Source of the DNA: Oligoflexia bacterium
GTDB lineage: Bacteria > Bdellovibrionota > UBA1018
Length of the DNA: 64,000 nucleotides
NCBI GenBank assembly: GCA_963758495.1
Contig: CAVWVI010000003.1
Location: 1,088,001-1,152,000, forward strand
Reading direction: 5' to 3'
Part shown: in pieces, positions 48,576-58,804 of the stretch
Numbering within the stretch: the first letter of the stretch is position 1
Layout: each line of letters begins with the position of its first letter
The notes under the pieces: generated by a model
What the model saw: the letters and a program-made list of their open reading frames with translations, nothing else
What the model was told of the DNA's origin: nothing
Database searches by the model: none
Program-made: the position numbers and the translations under genes

Positions 48576-48576
48576 C

Positions 48577-49614
48577 TTATTCTGTGTCGCTCGATATTGG
48601 ACTTAATTTATCAGCTTTATCAACGAATAACTTCTTGCTCTCGTCAGGTAAATGATCTGGAAAGAATAAAGTTTTATTACCATTCACCACTACTGCATTT
48701 TTATCATCACTGATCAGGCCAAATTCTCGTCCATTATAACTATAAGAAACAGAACTAGGATTAGACACTTGGACCTGGATTCTATCCTTGGCCCGTAGAA
48801 ATAATTCTTTACCTTTTCGGACAATAAATTTCCTTATAGGCTTATCATCCACTTGATATCTCACCCAAACATCTGAAAGAATTTTAAATACAACTTTATG
48901 ATGCAAGTCACTCGGCTTGAGTCCATGCCCAGAATCTAATGGATCTTCTTGATCCGATGCCGATAGTTCTGGGAGAGGCAATACAGAAGCTGTTGGTTGA
49001 GGCAGGGGATTTGAATTCGGCACTGGACTCAGACTCGGGATAGGAACTGGAATAAAAGTCGCATTCAGAACTGAACTAGGGAGAGTACTGGGAGAAACCA
49101 AGGGAATTTGAGTTGAATTAACGGGCAACCCAAGCGAAGCAATCATAGCTCCATTTTCATTACTATGTGCCTCTCGAAGTTTATCCAAATGCGAGCGACG
49201 GTGATGGCGCAATGAAGGCTTTAAAAAGAGCATAGCCAACCCACCTAAAAGGATAAAACCGAAAATCGCTATCATCAAGGTAGTTCGACCTTGCTGCTCC
49301 CCATCCTTTCTATCAAAGGCATAGCCACTATGCCCCGCCTCACGATCAGGACGTTCACTTACTTTTTGGCTGATATAGCTATTAAATCGAGCCAAAGTTT
49401 CTTTGGCATCCACCCCAATAAATCGACAATAAGAAGTAACAAAGCCTCTAATAAATGGCTTCGCGGGAAGATCCGCATATTGATCTTCCTCAAGCGCATG
49501 CAAAGTACGAACACCTACTTTCGTAGCTGAAGCAACCTGCTCAATCGTTATGCAACGACTCTCTCGCTCATGCCTTAAAAACTCTCCTAAACTCATGTCC
49601 TTTTCTGATGCCAT
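48577..49614 (-). CDS. rodZ: RodZ-like HTH membrane protein
   Basis: LGEFLRHERE...TIEQVA..TKV...LHALEE...LP...FIRGFV.SY, single TM, Pro/Ser linker, C-terminal beta domain. Confidence 0.8.
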   Translation of the reverse strand: MASEKDMSLGEFLRHERESRCITIEQVASATKVGVRTLHALEEDQYADLPAKPFIRGFVTSYCRFIGVDAKETLARFNSYISQKVSERPDREAGHSGYAFDRKDGEQQGRTTLMIAIFGFILLGGLAMLFLKPSLRHHRRSHLDKLREAHSNENGAMIASLGLPVNSTQIPLVSPSTLPSSVLNATFIPVPIPSLSPVPNSNPLPQPTASVLPLPELSASDQEDPLDSGHGLKPSDLHHKVVFKILSDVWVRYQVDDKPIRKFIVRKGKELFLRAKDRIQVQVSNPSSVSYSYNGREFGLISDDKNAVVVNGNKTLFFPDHLPDESKKLFVDKADKLSPISSDTE

Positions 49615-49623
49615 TCGATCTTT

Positions 49624-50418
49624 CTAAGGGAGATATCTCAGCTGATCCATTGCCTTCTCCGCCAACTGAGTATTCGGGTATTGCTTTTGAATCTCAAGAA
49701 AGGTTTTTCGGGCAAGATCATATTGTCGATTATGTTGATAAGCTACACCCAACGCAAGATGCGCATCACTCAGTTCTCGGTAATGGGCACAAAGTTTTTT
49801 TGTGGACTCTCCATAATCATGAATCGCTGCATTGAATTTCGATTCTTTTAACTGGATATGCCCACGATAATAATAAGCAATACATGCTTGAAGAGGTGCG
49901 TCCAATATCGCATGATCGAGAAAAGCTTGTGATTCACGGAAATGACCTAATTTATATTTTAGAATCCCTAAATTAGTCCACGCTTTATATGCATCACGGT
50001 AAAGAGGGTCCTTTGCCGCAATCTCTAAAGGCCCCTCGGCTTCATCAAATTTTCCCATATCCATCAAAATCTTACCCAAAGTAGTATTTGCATCTGAGTA
50101 ATTAGGCTTAATTTTCAAGCTTCGACGCACTGCCTGAAGCGCTGAAGCGAGGTCATGCTTTCCATAATAGGCGAGTGCTTTTGAATGATAAAGCTCCGGC
50201 AAAGTGGGGTCTTCTTCTTCTGCTCGAACCAACGTCTGTAAAGCACCTGTAGGATCGCCTTCCACTAAAGAGCCATTGGCAATTTCTACAAGCATTTTTG
50301 CCCGCTCCGTTTTTGAATATTCCTTATGTCGCTTCTCGCCACTCGCACATCCTTGCCCTATGGCTATCACTATAAGACTAAGCGCAATATAGAAGCTAGG
50401 AATTAAATAGGATCTCAT
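49624..50418 (-). CDS. TPR lipoprotein, PilF/PilW-like
   Basis: Lipobox GQG-C, TPRs, DPLY motif, located upstream of rodZ. Confidence 0.7.
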   Translation of the reverse strand: MRSYLIPSFYIALSLIVIAIGQGCASGEKRHKEYSKTERAKMLVEIANGSLVEGDPTGALQTLVRAEEEDPTLPELYHSKALAYYGKHDLASALQAVRRSLKIKPNYSDANTTLGKILMDMGKFDEAEGPLEIAAKDPLYRDAYKAWTNLGILKYKLGHFRESQAFLDHAILDAPLQACIAYYYRGHIQLKESKFNAAIHDYGESTKKLCAHYRELSDAHLALGVAYQHNRQYDLARKTFLEIQKQYPNTQLAEKAMDQLRYLP

Positions 50419-50424
50419 CTCATT

Positions 50425-50453
50425 AAAATAGAATTCATTTGGTTTTGTGTCAA
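50425..50453 (-). promoter_or_regulatory. Sigma70 promoter giving a leaderless pilF-like transcript
   Basis: Minus strand TTGACA-17 bp-TATTTT-6 nt-ATG. Confidence 0.6.
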
Positions 50454-50490
50454 AGAATGACTCAATCTTTGATCAGGAAAATCAAAAAAT

Positions 50491-51627
50491 TTAGCCACTT
50501 CTTCGCAACAGCGCCACTGACTCCACATGTGTCGTATGAGGGAATAAATCCAGGAGCATCACTTTTTTAATGACCCATCCTCTTTTTGAAAAATTTAAAA
50601 GATCGCGCACCCATGCGTCTACATCACAACCCACCAAGACCAAATCTCCGACACCCAAAGACTCAAGTCCTGAGACAATTTGAGAAAAACTCTGCCCTAA
50701 TCCCTCTCGTGGAGGGTCCAGAATAGCGGCATTCTTGGGGGATGAAACTTTTCCTTCTCGAACCGAGGCTCGAACCGACGCTACCTTCTTGGCCAACCAG
50801 GGTGTCACAGCAGCACGATGAAAATGGAAATGATGCGACACCCCATTGGGTCGAACTTTCGGAGAACTCAGATCAACACAGTGGATCTCGGCAACTCGAC
50901 TCACAAAAGGAAGAGATAGATTTCCAGAACCCCCAAAGAGATCAAACAAGACATCTACGTTGGATAGAGAATGAGAGATCCATTCTTTGAGTCTTTCATT
51001 TTGTTCATCATGAACCTGCCGGAATCCACTCGCAGAATGAGGAGAATTCCATGTCCGCTTCACCTTTCCCGTGGCAAGAACTTCAACTTCTACCTTAAAT
51101 GGCGACTCAAGACGCATTCCTTCAGCTCGAGTTTGCTCCCAATTTTTATTAATTTCAGGTCGAGCAATGTCACATCGATTCACTGACACAATATTCCGGC
51201 TTTTTGACTGATAAAAACCAAGCTGATCTCCAGCCCCGCGGAGCTGGACTCGATTTCTATATTCCCAAATCTGGGTTGCAGGAATTAGATCAAAATGATC
51301 TGGTAATAAAATACCCGTCTTCTTCAGTGTGTGAGCTACACCCTGAGATTTGGTATTCCATTGAAGTTCATAGGAAATATGCTGCCACTGACATCCTCCA
51401 CATTGACCAAAAGCGGGACAACGAGGAATCTGGCGAAATTGAGAAGGTTCGATCACCTCTAAAATCTCAGCATAGGAATACCGTTTATCTTCATCTACGA
51501 TTCGAACTCTCAGTAAATCTCCTGGAGCGGAAAAGGGAATAAAAACCACGCGCCCACTGGGGTCTCGGGCAACCCCAGCCCCCCCTCTCGAAAGATCTGT
51601 AACTCGTAACATCATTTCAGCTTCCAT
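50491..51627 (-). CDS. rlmD: TRAM-domain RNA m5U methyltransferase (RlmD/RumA family)
   Basis: TRAM domain, C....CGGC, YRNR, DLFGGSG, LDPPR.G, DLFPHTTHVE. Confidence 0.8.
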   Translation of the reverse strand: MEAEMMLRVTDLSRGGAGVARDPSGRVVFIPFSAPGDLLRVRIVDEDKRYSYAEILEVIEPSQFRQIPRCPAFGQCGGCQWQHISYELQWNTKSQGVAHTLKKTGILLPDHFDLIPATQIWEYRNRVQLRGAGDQLGFYQSKSRNIVSVNRCDIARPEINKNWEQTRAEGMRLESPFKVEVEVLATGKVKRTWNSPHSASGFRQVHDEQNERLKEWISHSLSNVDVLFDLFGGSGNLSLPFVSRVAEIHCVDLSSPKVRPNGVSHHFHFHRAAVTPWLAKKVASVRASVREGKVSSPKNAAILDPPREGLGQSFSQIVSGLESLGVGDLVLVGCDVDAWVRDLLNFSKRGWVIKKVMLLDLFPHTTHVESVALLRRSG

Positions 51628-51682
51628 ACCTTGGAACCCTCTATCATATTCGCTCTCTGTCTGCTAATTTGCACCAAAACCT

Positions 51683-53479
51683 ATGTCAAAAAATATCCGT
51701 AACTTTTGTATTATAGCTCATATTGATCACGGCAAATCCACCTTGGCTGATCGCCTGCTGGAACGTACTGGCACTGTTACAGCTCGGGAAATGGAGGCTC
51801 AATTTCTGGATAGTATGGATATCGAGCGTGAACGCGGGATTACCATCAAAGCCCAGAGCGTCCGCTTAAATTATAAGGCCAAAGATGGTCAAACTTATAT
51901 TCTCAATTTGATCGATACTCCAGGTCACGTTGACTTCACTTACGAAGTCTCTCGGTCCCTAGCTGCCTGTGAAGGAGCCATTTTAGTGGTGGACGCCTCC
52001 CAAGGGGTAGAAGCTCAAACTCTCGCAAACGTATTTATGGCGCTGGACAATAACCTCGAAGTTTTTCCGGCAGTGAACAAAATTGACCTACCTTCAGCAG
52101 ATCCGGATCGAGTGCTCCAAGAAGTGGATGAAATGATTGGCATGGTGGATATCAACCATGCTGTCATGTGCAGCGCAAAGTCCGGAATCGGAATTGATGA
52201 AATTCTTGAAGCGGTCGTTAAATATTTTCCTGCGCCTAAAGATGCAGATAACGAACCGTTGAGAGCTCTGATTTTCGACAGTTGGTATGACACTTATCAA
52301 GGTGTCATTGCTCTATGCCGGGTATTTGAAGGTCAGATTTCCAAAGGCACTAAGATTAAACTTTTCCACATGGGAAAAGAATTTGAAGTTCAACGAGTCG
52401 GCACTTTTTCCCCTAAGTTTAAAGACGTGGAAACGATTTCAAGCGGCGAAGTGGGCGCCATCGTTTGCGGTATTCGAGACGTCAGAGACATGAGAGTGGG
52501 AGAGACGATTATGGATATATCGAATCTCACCTCCGAACCCTTAGGCGGGTTTAAGGAAGTTAAACCCATGGTTTTTTGCGGGGTCTATCCGATTGACGCC
52601 GATGAGTATAATGATCTAAAGGAAGCTTTGGAAAAACTCCAGCTCAACGATTCTGCGATCAGCTGGGAACCCGAGACCTCCAGTGCTCTGGGATTTGGAT
52701 TTCGATGTGGCTTTTTAGGCCTACTTCATATGGATGTGGTTCAAGAAAGATTAGAAAGAGAATACAATCTTAACTTAATTACTACAGCACCTTCAGTCAT
52801 TTATCGAGTGACACAAACTGATCATGTCGTTCTAATGATCGATAATCCATCACGGCTACCGGATCTTACTCGTATTCAAACCATTGAGGAGCCCTACATC
52901 AAGCTTTCGATTTTCATGCCAAGTGAATATGTCGGCGTAGTGATGTCGCTTTGTAACGACCGACGAGGAATACAAGATAAACTCGAATATACTACAAAAG
53001 ACAGAGTCTCACTCATCTATCAAATGCCTTTGAATGAAATGGTATTTGATTTTTACGATCGTCTTAAAAGCGCAACCAAGGGTTACGCCTCTATGGACTA
53101 CGAACTCGTTGATTACCGTCCCGCAGATTTGGTTAAACTTGATATTCTCATCAATAGCGAACCCGTAGATGCACTCTCTCTCATCATTCATCGAGATAAA
53201 GCCGCTTATCGCGGAAGAGAGCTTGCGAAAAAAATGAAAGAGCTCATTGAGCGACAAATGTTTGAAATCTCCATTCAAGCTGCTATTGGTTCAAAAATTA
53301 TTGCCCGAGAAAGTATTTCTGCTCTCAGAAAAAATGTCACCGCAAAATGTTACGGGGGTGATATTTCGAGAAAAAGAAAACTCTTGGAAAAACAAAAAGA
53401 AGGTAAGAAAAGAATGAAGCAAGTGGGCAGCGTAGAAATCCCTCAAGAGGCATTTCTAGCAGTTCTAAAAGTAGATTAA
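51683..53479 (+). CDS. lepA: Translation elongation factor 4
   Basis: [45 protein letters not shown]. Confidence 0.98.
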   Translation: MSKNIRNFCIIAHIDHGKSTLADRLLERTGTVTAREMEAQFLDSMDIERERGITIKAQSVRLNYKAKDGQTYILNLIDTPGHVDFTYEVSRSLAACEGAILVVDASQGVEAQTLANVFMALDNNLEVFPAVNKIDLPSADPDRVLQEVDEMIGMVDINHAVMCSAKSGIGIDEILEAVVKYFPAPKDADNEPLRALIFDSWYDTYQGVIALCRVFEGQISKGTKIKLFHMGKEFEVQRVGTFSPKFKDVETISSGEVGAIVCGIRDVRDMRVGETIMDISNLTSEPLGGFKEVKPMVFCGVYPIDADEYNDLKEALEKLQLNDSAISWEPETSSALGFGFRCGFLGLLHMDVVQERLEREYNLNLITTAPSVIYRVTQTDHVVLMIDNPSRLPDLTRIQTIEEPYIKLSIFMPSEYVGVVMSLCNDRRGIQDKLEYTTKDRVSLIYQMPLNEMVFDFYDRLKSATKGYASMDYELVDYRPADLVKLDILINSEPVDALSLIIHRDKAAYRGRELAKKMKELIERQMFEISIQAAIGSKIIARESISALRKNVTAKCYGGDISRKRKLLEKQKEGKKRMKQVGSVEIPQEAFLAVLKVD

Positions 53480-53494
53480 TGGTGAGGTAGGTGA

Positions 53495-54163
53495 ATGGCG
53501 GCGAGTCTTTCTACGAGTAAAATCATTAGAGACTACTTTATTACTGTAATCATAGCGCTTTCAGTCGCTTTGATAGTCCGAAATTTTATTATTGAAGCCT
53601 ACCGTATTCCTAGCGCCGCTATGAAACCCACACTGATTTCCGGTGACATTATATTTGTAGCCAAGTGGCCTTTTTTAACTCAAAAAAACAAAATCCCCCA
53701 TCGTGGAGATGTAGTCGTTTTTTCGCACGCCGCACTCGAGTCGTCCCCAAATTTTATCAAACGTGTTATAGGACTACCAGGTGATGTGGTCGCCATGAAA
53801 AAGGGACAAATCATTCTTAATGGAACGACTATTCCATCCCGTACTATCAACAAGCACCCAAACGAGCTCTGCTCAATCGAAACTCTACCCGAAGGTAAGC
53901 AATATAGCATTTGCAGAGACTCTTCAGCGATACAAGATTTTGGGCCCGAAAAGATCCCTGAGGGATCAGTTTTTGTCATGGGAGACTACCGTACTCATCT
54001 GGACACGCTAAAAAGAAAAGGCTGGGGAATGATTCCTCTTCTAGCATTACAAGGCAAAGCACTTTATATTTGGCTTTCGCTTGACCCTCATACAAAGAGT
54101 GCCTTCTCTTTTTTCCCAATCCCTAAATTTAATCTAGACCGAATGTTTCAGAGGATTCAATAG
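53495..54163 (+). CDS. lepB: Signal peptidase I
   Basis: IPSAAMKPTL..GD, FIKRVIGLPGD, FVMGD; follows lepA. Confidence 0.9.
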   Translation: MAASLSTSKIIRDYFITVIIALSVALIVRNFIIEAYRIPSAAMKPTLISGDIIFVAKWPFLTQKNKIPHRGDVVVFSHAALESSPNFIKRVIGLPGDVVAMKKGQIILNGTTIPSRTINKHPNELCSIETLPEGKQYSICRDSSAIQDFGPEKIPEGSVFVMGDYRTHLDTLKRKGWGMIPLLALQGKALYIWLSLDPHTKSAFSFFPIPKFNLDRMFQRIQ

Positions 54164-54165
54164 CT

Positions 54166-55125
54166 ATGATTGAAAATAAAACTTCAAATCTCCTTGCCGC
54201 AGCGGATTTAACTGAAAAGCAAATTCGATACTATCTTGCTTCTGCAAAAGCGCTTTCCAAATTTGTTGCGCGGGGAGAATCTATTCCACTTTTGAAAGGA
54301 TTAACGGTAGTTAATCTTTTCTTTGAAAATTCGACACGCACTCGTACTTCTTTTGAATTGGCTACTCGTAAGCTGGAAGGGAGTACTTTAAATTTTGCTG
54401 CATCCACTTCAAGCGTGCAAAAAGGGGAAACTCTGATTGATACTGCTAAAACAATCCAAGCGATGGGCCCTCATTGCCTCGTCGTCAGACATGCTTCTGC
54501 AGGAAGTCCCCATGTGTTAGCTCGATCGCTTAAGATTCCAGTCATTAATGCAGGTGATGGATTTCACGAACACCCCACGCAAGGGCTGCTCGATGCCTTT
54601 ACAATTGAAGAAAAATTAGGGTCTATTGAAGGCAAGAAAATCATCATTCTAGGAGATATTGCTCATAGCCGAGTTGCTCGTTCTAATATTCACATCTTAA
54701 AAAAATTAGGCGCCTTTGTGACTATCTGCGGCCCGCCAACGCTACTTCCTCCTTCTCCCCAAGTTCTCGGTGTCGACTTTGCCTATCGACTTGAAGATCT
54801 ACTTCCAAAAGCGGACGTAGTCATGGCACTGCGAATTCAAATGGAGCGACAGAATAAAATGCAAATCCCTTCTCTCGCAGAATACTCGCGCGTATGGGGT
54901 TTGAATCGAGAACGAGCGAAACTTCTCAAACCACAAGCCATTATTCTGCATCCGGGACCCATCAACCGGGGTGTTGAAATCGATCCCGAAGTGGCAGATG
55001 ACCCAAAGTCCGTGATCCTCGACCAAGTTTTTAATGGAATTATCATACGTATGGCTGTCTTAGCTCAAAGTTGTAACCCCAAGGGGCTATCTGAGTGGCT
55101 AGAGAAAGTAGGTGCCCGTGTCTAA
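54166..55125 (+). CDS. pyrB: Aspartate carbamoyltransferase catalytic subunit
   Basis: FFENSTRTRTSF, NAGDG.HEHPTQ, HPGPINRG. Confidence 0.96.
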   Translation: MIENKTSNLLAAADLTEKQIRYYLASAKALSKFVARGESIPLLKGLTVVNLFFENSTRTRTSFELATRKLEGSTLNFAASTSSVQKGETLIDTAKTIQAMGPHCLVVRHASAGSPHVLARSLKIPVINAGDGFHEHPTQGLLDAFTIEEKLGSIEGKKIIILGDIAHSRVARSNIHILKKLGAFVTICGPPTLLPPSPQVLGVDFAYRLEDLLPKADVVMALRIQMERQNKMQIPSLAEYSRVWGLNRERAKLLKPQAIILHPGPINRGVEIDPEVADDPKSVILDQVFNGIIIRMAVLAQSCNPKGLSEWLEKVGARV

Positions 55126-56416
55126 TCATTTTTCACTTTTGATTCAAGGTGGACGAATTATTGATCCCTCTCAAAATTTGGATACTTTAGGCGACCTCCT
55201 TCTTGAAGATGGAAAAATTTCAGCAATCGACGGCCCCGGAAAAATCCCACCCCATCGAGCTTTTCAAGTGATTGCAGCTCATGGAAAATGGATTGTCCCT
55301 GGACTCATTGACATTCACGTCCATCTACGAGAGCCCGGTTTAGAATATAAAGAAACCATAGAAACAGGAACTCGCGCTGCCAGTGCCGGAGGTTTCACCT
55401 CAGTTGCTTGTATGGCAAATACACAACCTGTCAATGATAACTCCTATGTCACTTCCTTTATTCGTGAAAAAGCAAAGGCAGTAGGATCCTGCCGCGTTTT
55501 TCCTATTGGTGCAGTCACCAAAGGATTGAAAGGCGAGGAACTCGCTGAAATCGGCGGGATGGTGGCTGAAGGAGCCTGTGCGATCAGTGACGATGGAATG
55601 CCTGTCATGAATTCTTATTTAATGCGCAAAGCAATGGATTATTCCAAAGCCTTTGGCATACCTATTATCAGTCACGCCGAAGATGCCAATTTAGTAGCGC
55701 AAGGAGTGATCAACGAAAGCGCATTCTCAAATGAACTTGGACTGAGAGGAAATCCTGCAGCAGCAGAAGAAATTATGGTAGCTCGTGAGATTGCGCTTTG
55801 TCGTCTCACTCGCGCTCCTATTCACATTGCGCATATATCAACTGAAGTTGCCCTAGAACATCTTCGTAGAGCCAAAGAAGCTGGCTTGCCCGTTACCGCT
55901 GAGGCATCCCCTCATCATTTAATATTAACAGAAGAAAACTTACGAAGTTACGATACGCAATTTAAAATGGCACCTCCCCTTCGATCAGCAAAAGATGTAG
56001 AAGCATTACGCAAAGCAGTTGCAGACGGATTAGTCGAAATTATCGCAACTGATCACGCCCCCCATGGCATTGTAGATAAAGCAGTTGAATTCGATCAGGC
56101 CGCAAATGGTATTATAGGATTACAAACAGCGATCCCATTGACGCTCAAGTTAGTCCACGACGGAATTATTTCGCCTCGACGATGGGTAGATAGCCTTTCT
56201 TATCAACCTGCTCGTCTCCTCAATTTACCCTTCGGCACTTTGCGAAAAGGCCAACCCGCAGACGTAACTTTAATTGAACCCGATTTGGCATGGACTTTCA
56301 CAGAAGATCGAATCTTCTCAAAAAGTCGTAATTCTCCTTTTTTGGGTTGGCAATTTAAGGGCGGTGTCTTTGCAACTATTATTAATGGAAAAATCGTCCA
56401 TCAAGAGGGAAGGTAA
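55118..56416 (+). CDS. pyrC: Dihydroorotase
   Basis: PGLIDIHVHLREPG, MANT, HAED, HIAHIST, ATDHAPH. GTG start at 55118 or 55112. Confidence 0.95.
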   Translation: MSNHFSLLIQGGRIIDPSQNLDTLGDLLLEDGKISAIDGPGKIPPHRAFQVIAAHGKWIVPGLIDIHVHLREPGLEYKETIETGTRAASAGGFTSVACMANTQPVNDNSYVTSFIREKAKAVGSCRVFPIGAVTKGLKGEELAEIGGMVAEGACAISDDGMPVMNSYLMRKAMDYSKAFGIPIISHAEDANLVAQGVINESAFSNELGLRGNPAAAEEIMVAREIALCRLTRAPIHIAHISTEVALEHLRRAKEAGLPVTAEASPHHLILTEENLRSYDTQFKMAPPLRSAKDVEALRKAVADGLVEIIATDHAPHGIVDKAVEFDQAANGIIGLQTAIPLTLKLVHDGIISPRRWVDSLSYQPARLLNLPFGTLRKGQPADVTLIEPDLAWTFTEDRIFSKSRNSPFLGWQFKGGVFATIINGKIVHQEGR

Positions 56417-57568
56417 ATGAAACTCGTAAAAACTGAACCGGGTGTGCTCATATTAGAAGATGAAAGTGAATTTCTAGGTTTCTTATATGGGGCCCCTATT
56501 TCGGCAGACATCATTCGATCTTCTCACGCCCATAAAGACTTTGGATATGGAGAAGTCGTCTTCAATACTTCCATGACAGGTTACCAGGAAATTCTGACTG
56601 ACCCTTCCTATTATGGACAGATCATTTGCATGACGGTTCCTCATATTGGAAATACTGGAGTCAATTTAGAAGACCCAGAGAGTCCTCATCCTTGGTGTTC
56701 AGGATTTGTCCTTCATGAAGCCTGCGATGAACCCTCCAATTGGCGATCCAACGGAACGTTGAACGATTATCTCATTGCCCATAAAATTCCCGCGATTCGA
56801 GGTGTAAATACTCGAGCCCTCACTCGGCATTTAAGATCGAGAGGAGTTCTTCGAGGAGTCATCTTACCCTTAGCTGAAAAGGCTCAAGCTCAGGCGCTCC
56901 TCAATGATCTTCCTCCATTCGAAGGAAGAGACTTAATTGGAGAAGTGAGCACTCGCGAATCCTATATGTGGAGAAGCTCAAAAACCCCCCCGCTCTATCG
57001 AGTGGTTGCAATGGATTTTGGAGCTAAATGGAATTTATTCAAAAGCCTTGAAAGTAGAGGATGTGAAATCCAAGTGGTACCCGCAAAAACTACTTCCAAA
57101 GAAATTTTAGCCCTGAATCCAGATGGTGTATTTTTATCCAATGGACCAGGAGATCCTGCTGCAGCACATTATGCTGCTAAAACTGTTCAGGAAATTTTAG
57201 GGAAGGTCCCGATTTTTGGAGTTTGCATGGGCCATCAAATCCTAGCACTTGCTTTAGGAGCAAAGACATATAAGCTAAAATTTGGACATCGTGGTGGGAA
57301 TCAACCGGTCTTAGATCGCATGACTGGGCATGTGGAGATTAGCTCCCATAATCACGGATATGCGGTTGACGCCAACTCACTTCCCCCATCCGTGGATGTC
57401 ACACATATTAACTTGAATGATAAAACGGTGGAGGGCTTGGCGGTGAGAAATTTAAATGCCTTTTCAGTGCAATACCATCCTGAATCTTGTCCTGGCCCGC
57501 ATGACTCAGTAGTATTATTTGAAAGATTCATTCAGAACATGAAAAACAATGTATCAAAAATATCTTGA
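56417..57568 (+). CDS. carA: Carbamoyl-phosphate synthase small subunit
   Basis: GEVVFNTSMTGYQEILTDPSY, LSNGPGDP, GVCMGHQ, QYHPE. Confidence 0.96.
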   Translation: MKLVKTEPGVLILEDESEFLGFLYGAPISADIIRSSHAHKDFGYGEVVFNTSMTGYQEILTDPSYYGQIICMTVPHIGNTGVNLEDPESPHPWCSGFVLHEACDEPSNWRSNGTLNDYLIAHKIPAIRGVNTRALTRHLRSRGVLRGVILPLAEKAQAQALLNDLPPFEGRDLIGEVSTRESYMWRSSKTPPLYRVVAMDFGAKWNLFKSLESRGCEIQVVPAKTTSKEILALNPDGVFLSNGPGDPAAAHYAAKTVQEILGKVPIFGVCMGHQILALALGAKTYKLKFGHRGGNQPVLDRMTGHVEISSHNHGYAVDANSLPPSVDVTHINLNDKTVEGLAVRNLNAFSVQYHPESCPGPHDSVVLFERFIQNMKNNVSKIS

Positions 57569-58190
57569 ACCTATCATTGAAGACTTTACCACTGGCGAAT
57601 ATTACCGTGAGGTATATAACGCGAAACTCGAATATTTTGAGAAGGCAGGAATTGTATACGAAGACGATTCCGAATTTGAACAAAGAATGTGTATCTTTAT
57701 GGATTGGTACCTCTTCGATCGAGACCTGCCCGGTGTCGACCTGCCTCCCATCAAATATTATTTCAGAAAAAATAAAGACCGTTTTTCAAGCGAAGAACTC
57801 AATATATATAGAGACTTTTGCTCTACTGTTCATTCTATTTTTCGTTTAAAACGTTTTTCCTGGGGTCGAAAAGGGTTTGTGATTCTTGACCTTTTTTCGA
57901 ATAAAACTCACACTGTCACTGAGTCAGAAATTAATAAAGGATTTGCTCGGGGAGATATTTTTGAAGCACGCATTATTCCCTTTCAGGGAAGCAATGAGTT
58001 CTCTCGCGGATTTTGCTTTCATCCTGCGGAAGTAGTTCCATTTATCTCTGGAGAAGTTAAAAAAGTTCGTTTTCAAGACAAAAGCCGACAAACTAAGCTT
58101 ATTTTGCAGCTCTCAGCAATGAAACTCAAGCATGTCAGATTTCCACACATTGATGTTCGGCACATCTATAAATTCGAATCACGCTTCTAA
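57549..58190 (+). CDS. Hypothetical protein
   Basis: 213-aa ORF overlapping the carA stop, with natural composition (FMDWYLFDR). Confidence 0.7.
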   Translation: MYQKYLEPIIEDFTTGEYYREVYNAKLEYFEKAGIVYEDDSEFEQRMCIFMDWYLFDRDLPGVDLPPIKYYFRKNKDRFSSEELNIYRDFCSTVHSIFRLKRFSWGRKGFVILDLFSNKTHTVTESEINKGFARGDIFEARIIPFQGSNEFSRGFCFHPAEVVPFISGEVKKVRFQDKSRQTKLILQLSAMKLKHVRFPHIDVRHIYKFESRF

Positions 58191-58381
58191 AGAGCGAGGA
58201 GCTTTTGTTGCTGCATTAGAAGTTCCTTTCCGGCTGTTGATGGGTTGAACGCTTAATGTTATTTTTTTTCAGAAAAATCTTGCGCGATACCCCTGAGTTC
58301 ACCTAAATAGAAGTCACTAGAATCCTACGTGGGGAAAGCTAGTAAAACTACTTACAGTACAACTGTACTAGAGGAGAATTT

Positions 58382-58615
58382 ATGAAAAAGACCGCTTCAA
58401 TCATGATTGCTTTATTTGCGTTTTCAACTGTTGCATTTGCTGAAGGCGAAAAGACAGAAACTCCAGCTGCTGCAGAACACACTGCAACAACAACCGAACA
58501 TGCTGCAACGGAAACAACCACTGCTCCAGTTGCTAAGAAGCATGAGAAGAAACATCACTCTGCAAAAGCTAAAAAAGCCGCTGATAAAGCTGCAGAAACT
58601 CCAAAAGCTGAGTAA
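58382..58615 (+). CDS. Small secreted Ala/Lys/Thr/His-rich protein (Asr-like composition)
   Basis: GAGGAG RBS, signal peptide ending AFA, low-complexity mature part, own terminator. Confidence 0.8.
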   Translation: MKKTASIMIALFAFSTVAFAEGEKTETPAAAEHTATTTEHAATETTTAPVAKKHEKKHHSAKAKKAADKAAETPKAE

Positions 58616-58633
58616 TCTTCTTTTAGATGTTTT

Positions 58634-58672
58634 AACCCCCGAATTGTTATTTCAATTCCGGGGGTTTTTTTT
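58634..58672 (+). terminator. Rho-independent terminator
   Basis: AACCCCCGAATTG-loop-CAATTCCGGGGG followed by a T-run. Confidence 0.85.
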
Positions 58673-58695
58673 ATCTACAGAATGCGCTAGGCTTT

Positions 58696-58801
58696 CTATA
58701 GGATTCAAGAAAATGTCTTTTGTGCCGGGGATCCAAATTTAAACGTCCCAAAAGACATTTTCTTGAATCCTCACAACTAAAGGAATATCTTTAAATCTAT
58801 A
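58696..58801 (+). repeat. ~105-bp palindromic MITE/REP-like element, copy B
   Basis: 23-bp perfect arms 58700-58722/58749-58771; CTATAG at both ends. Confidence 0.85.
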
Positions 58802-58804
58802 GCC

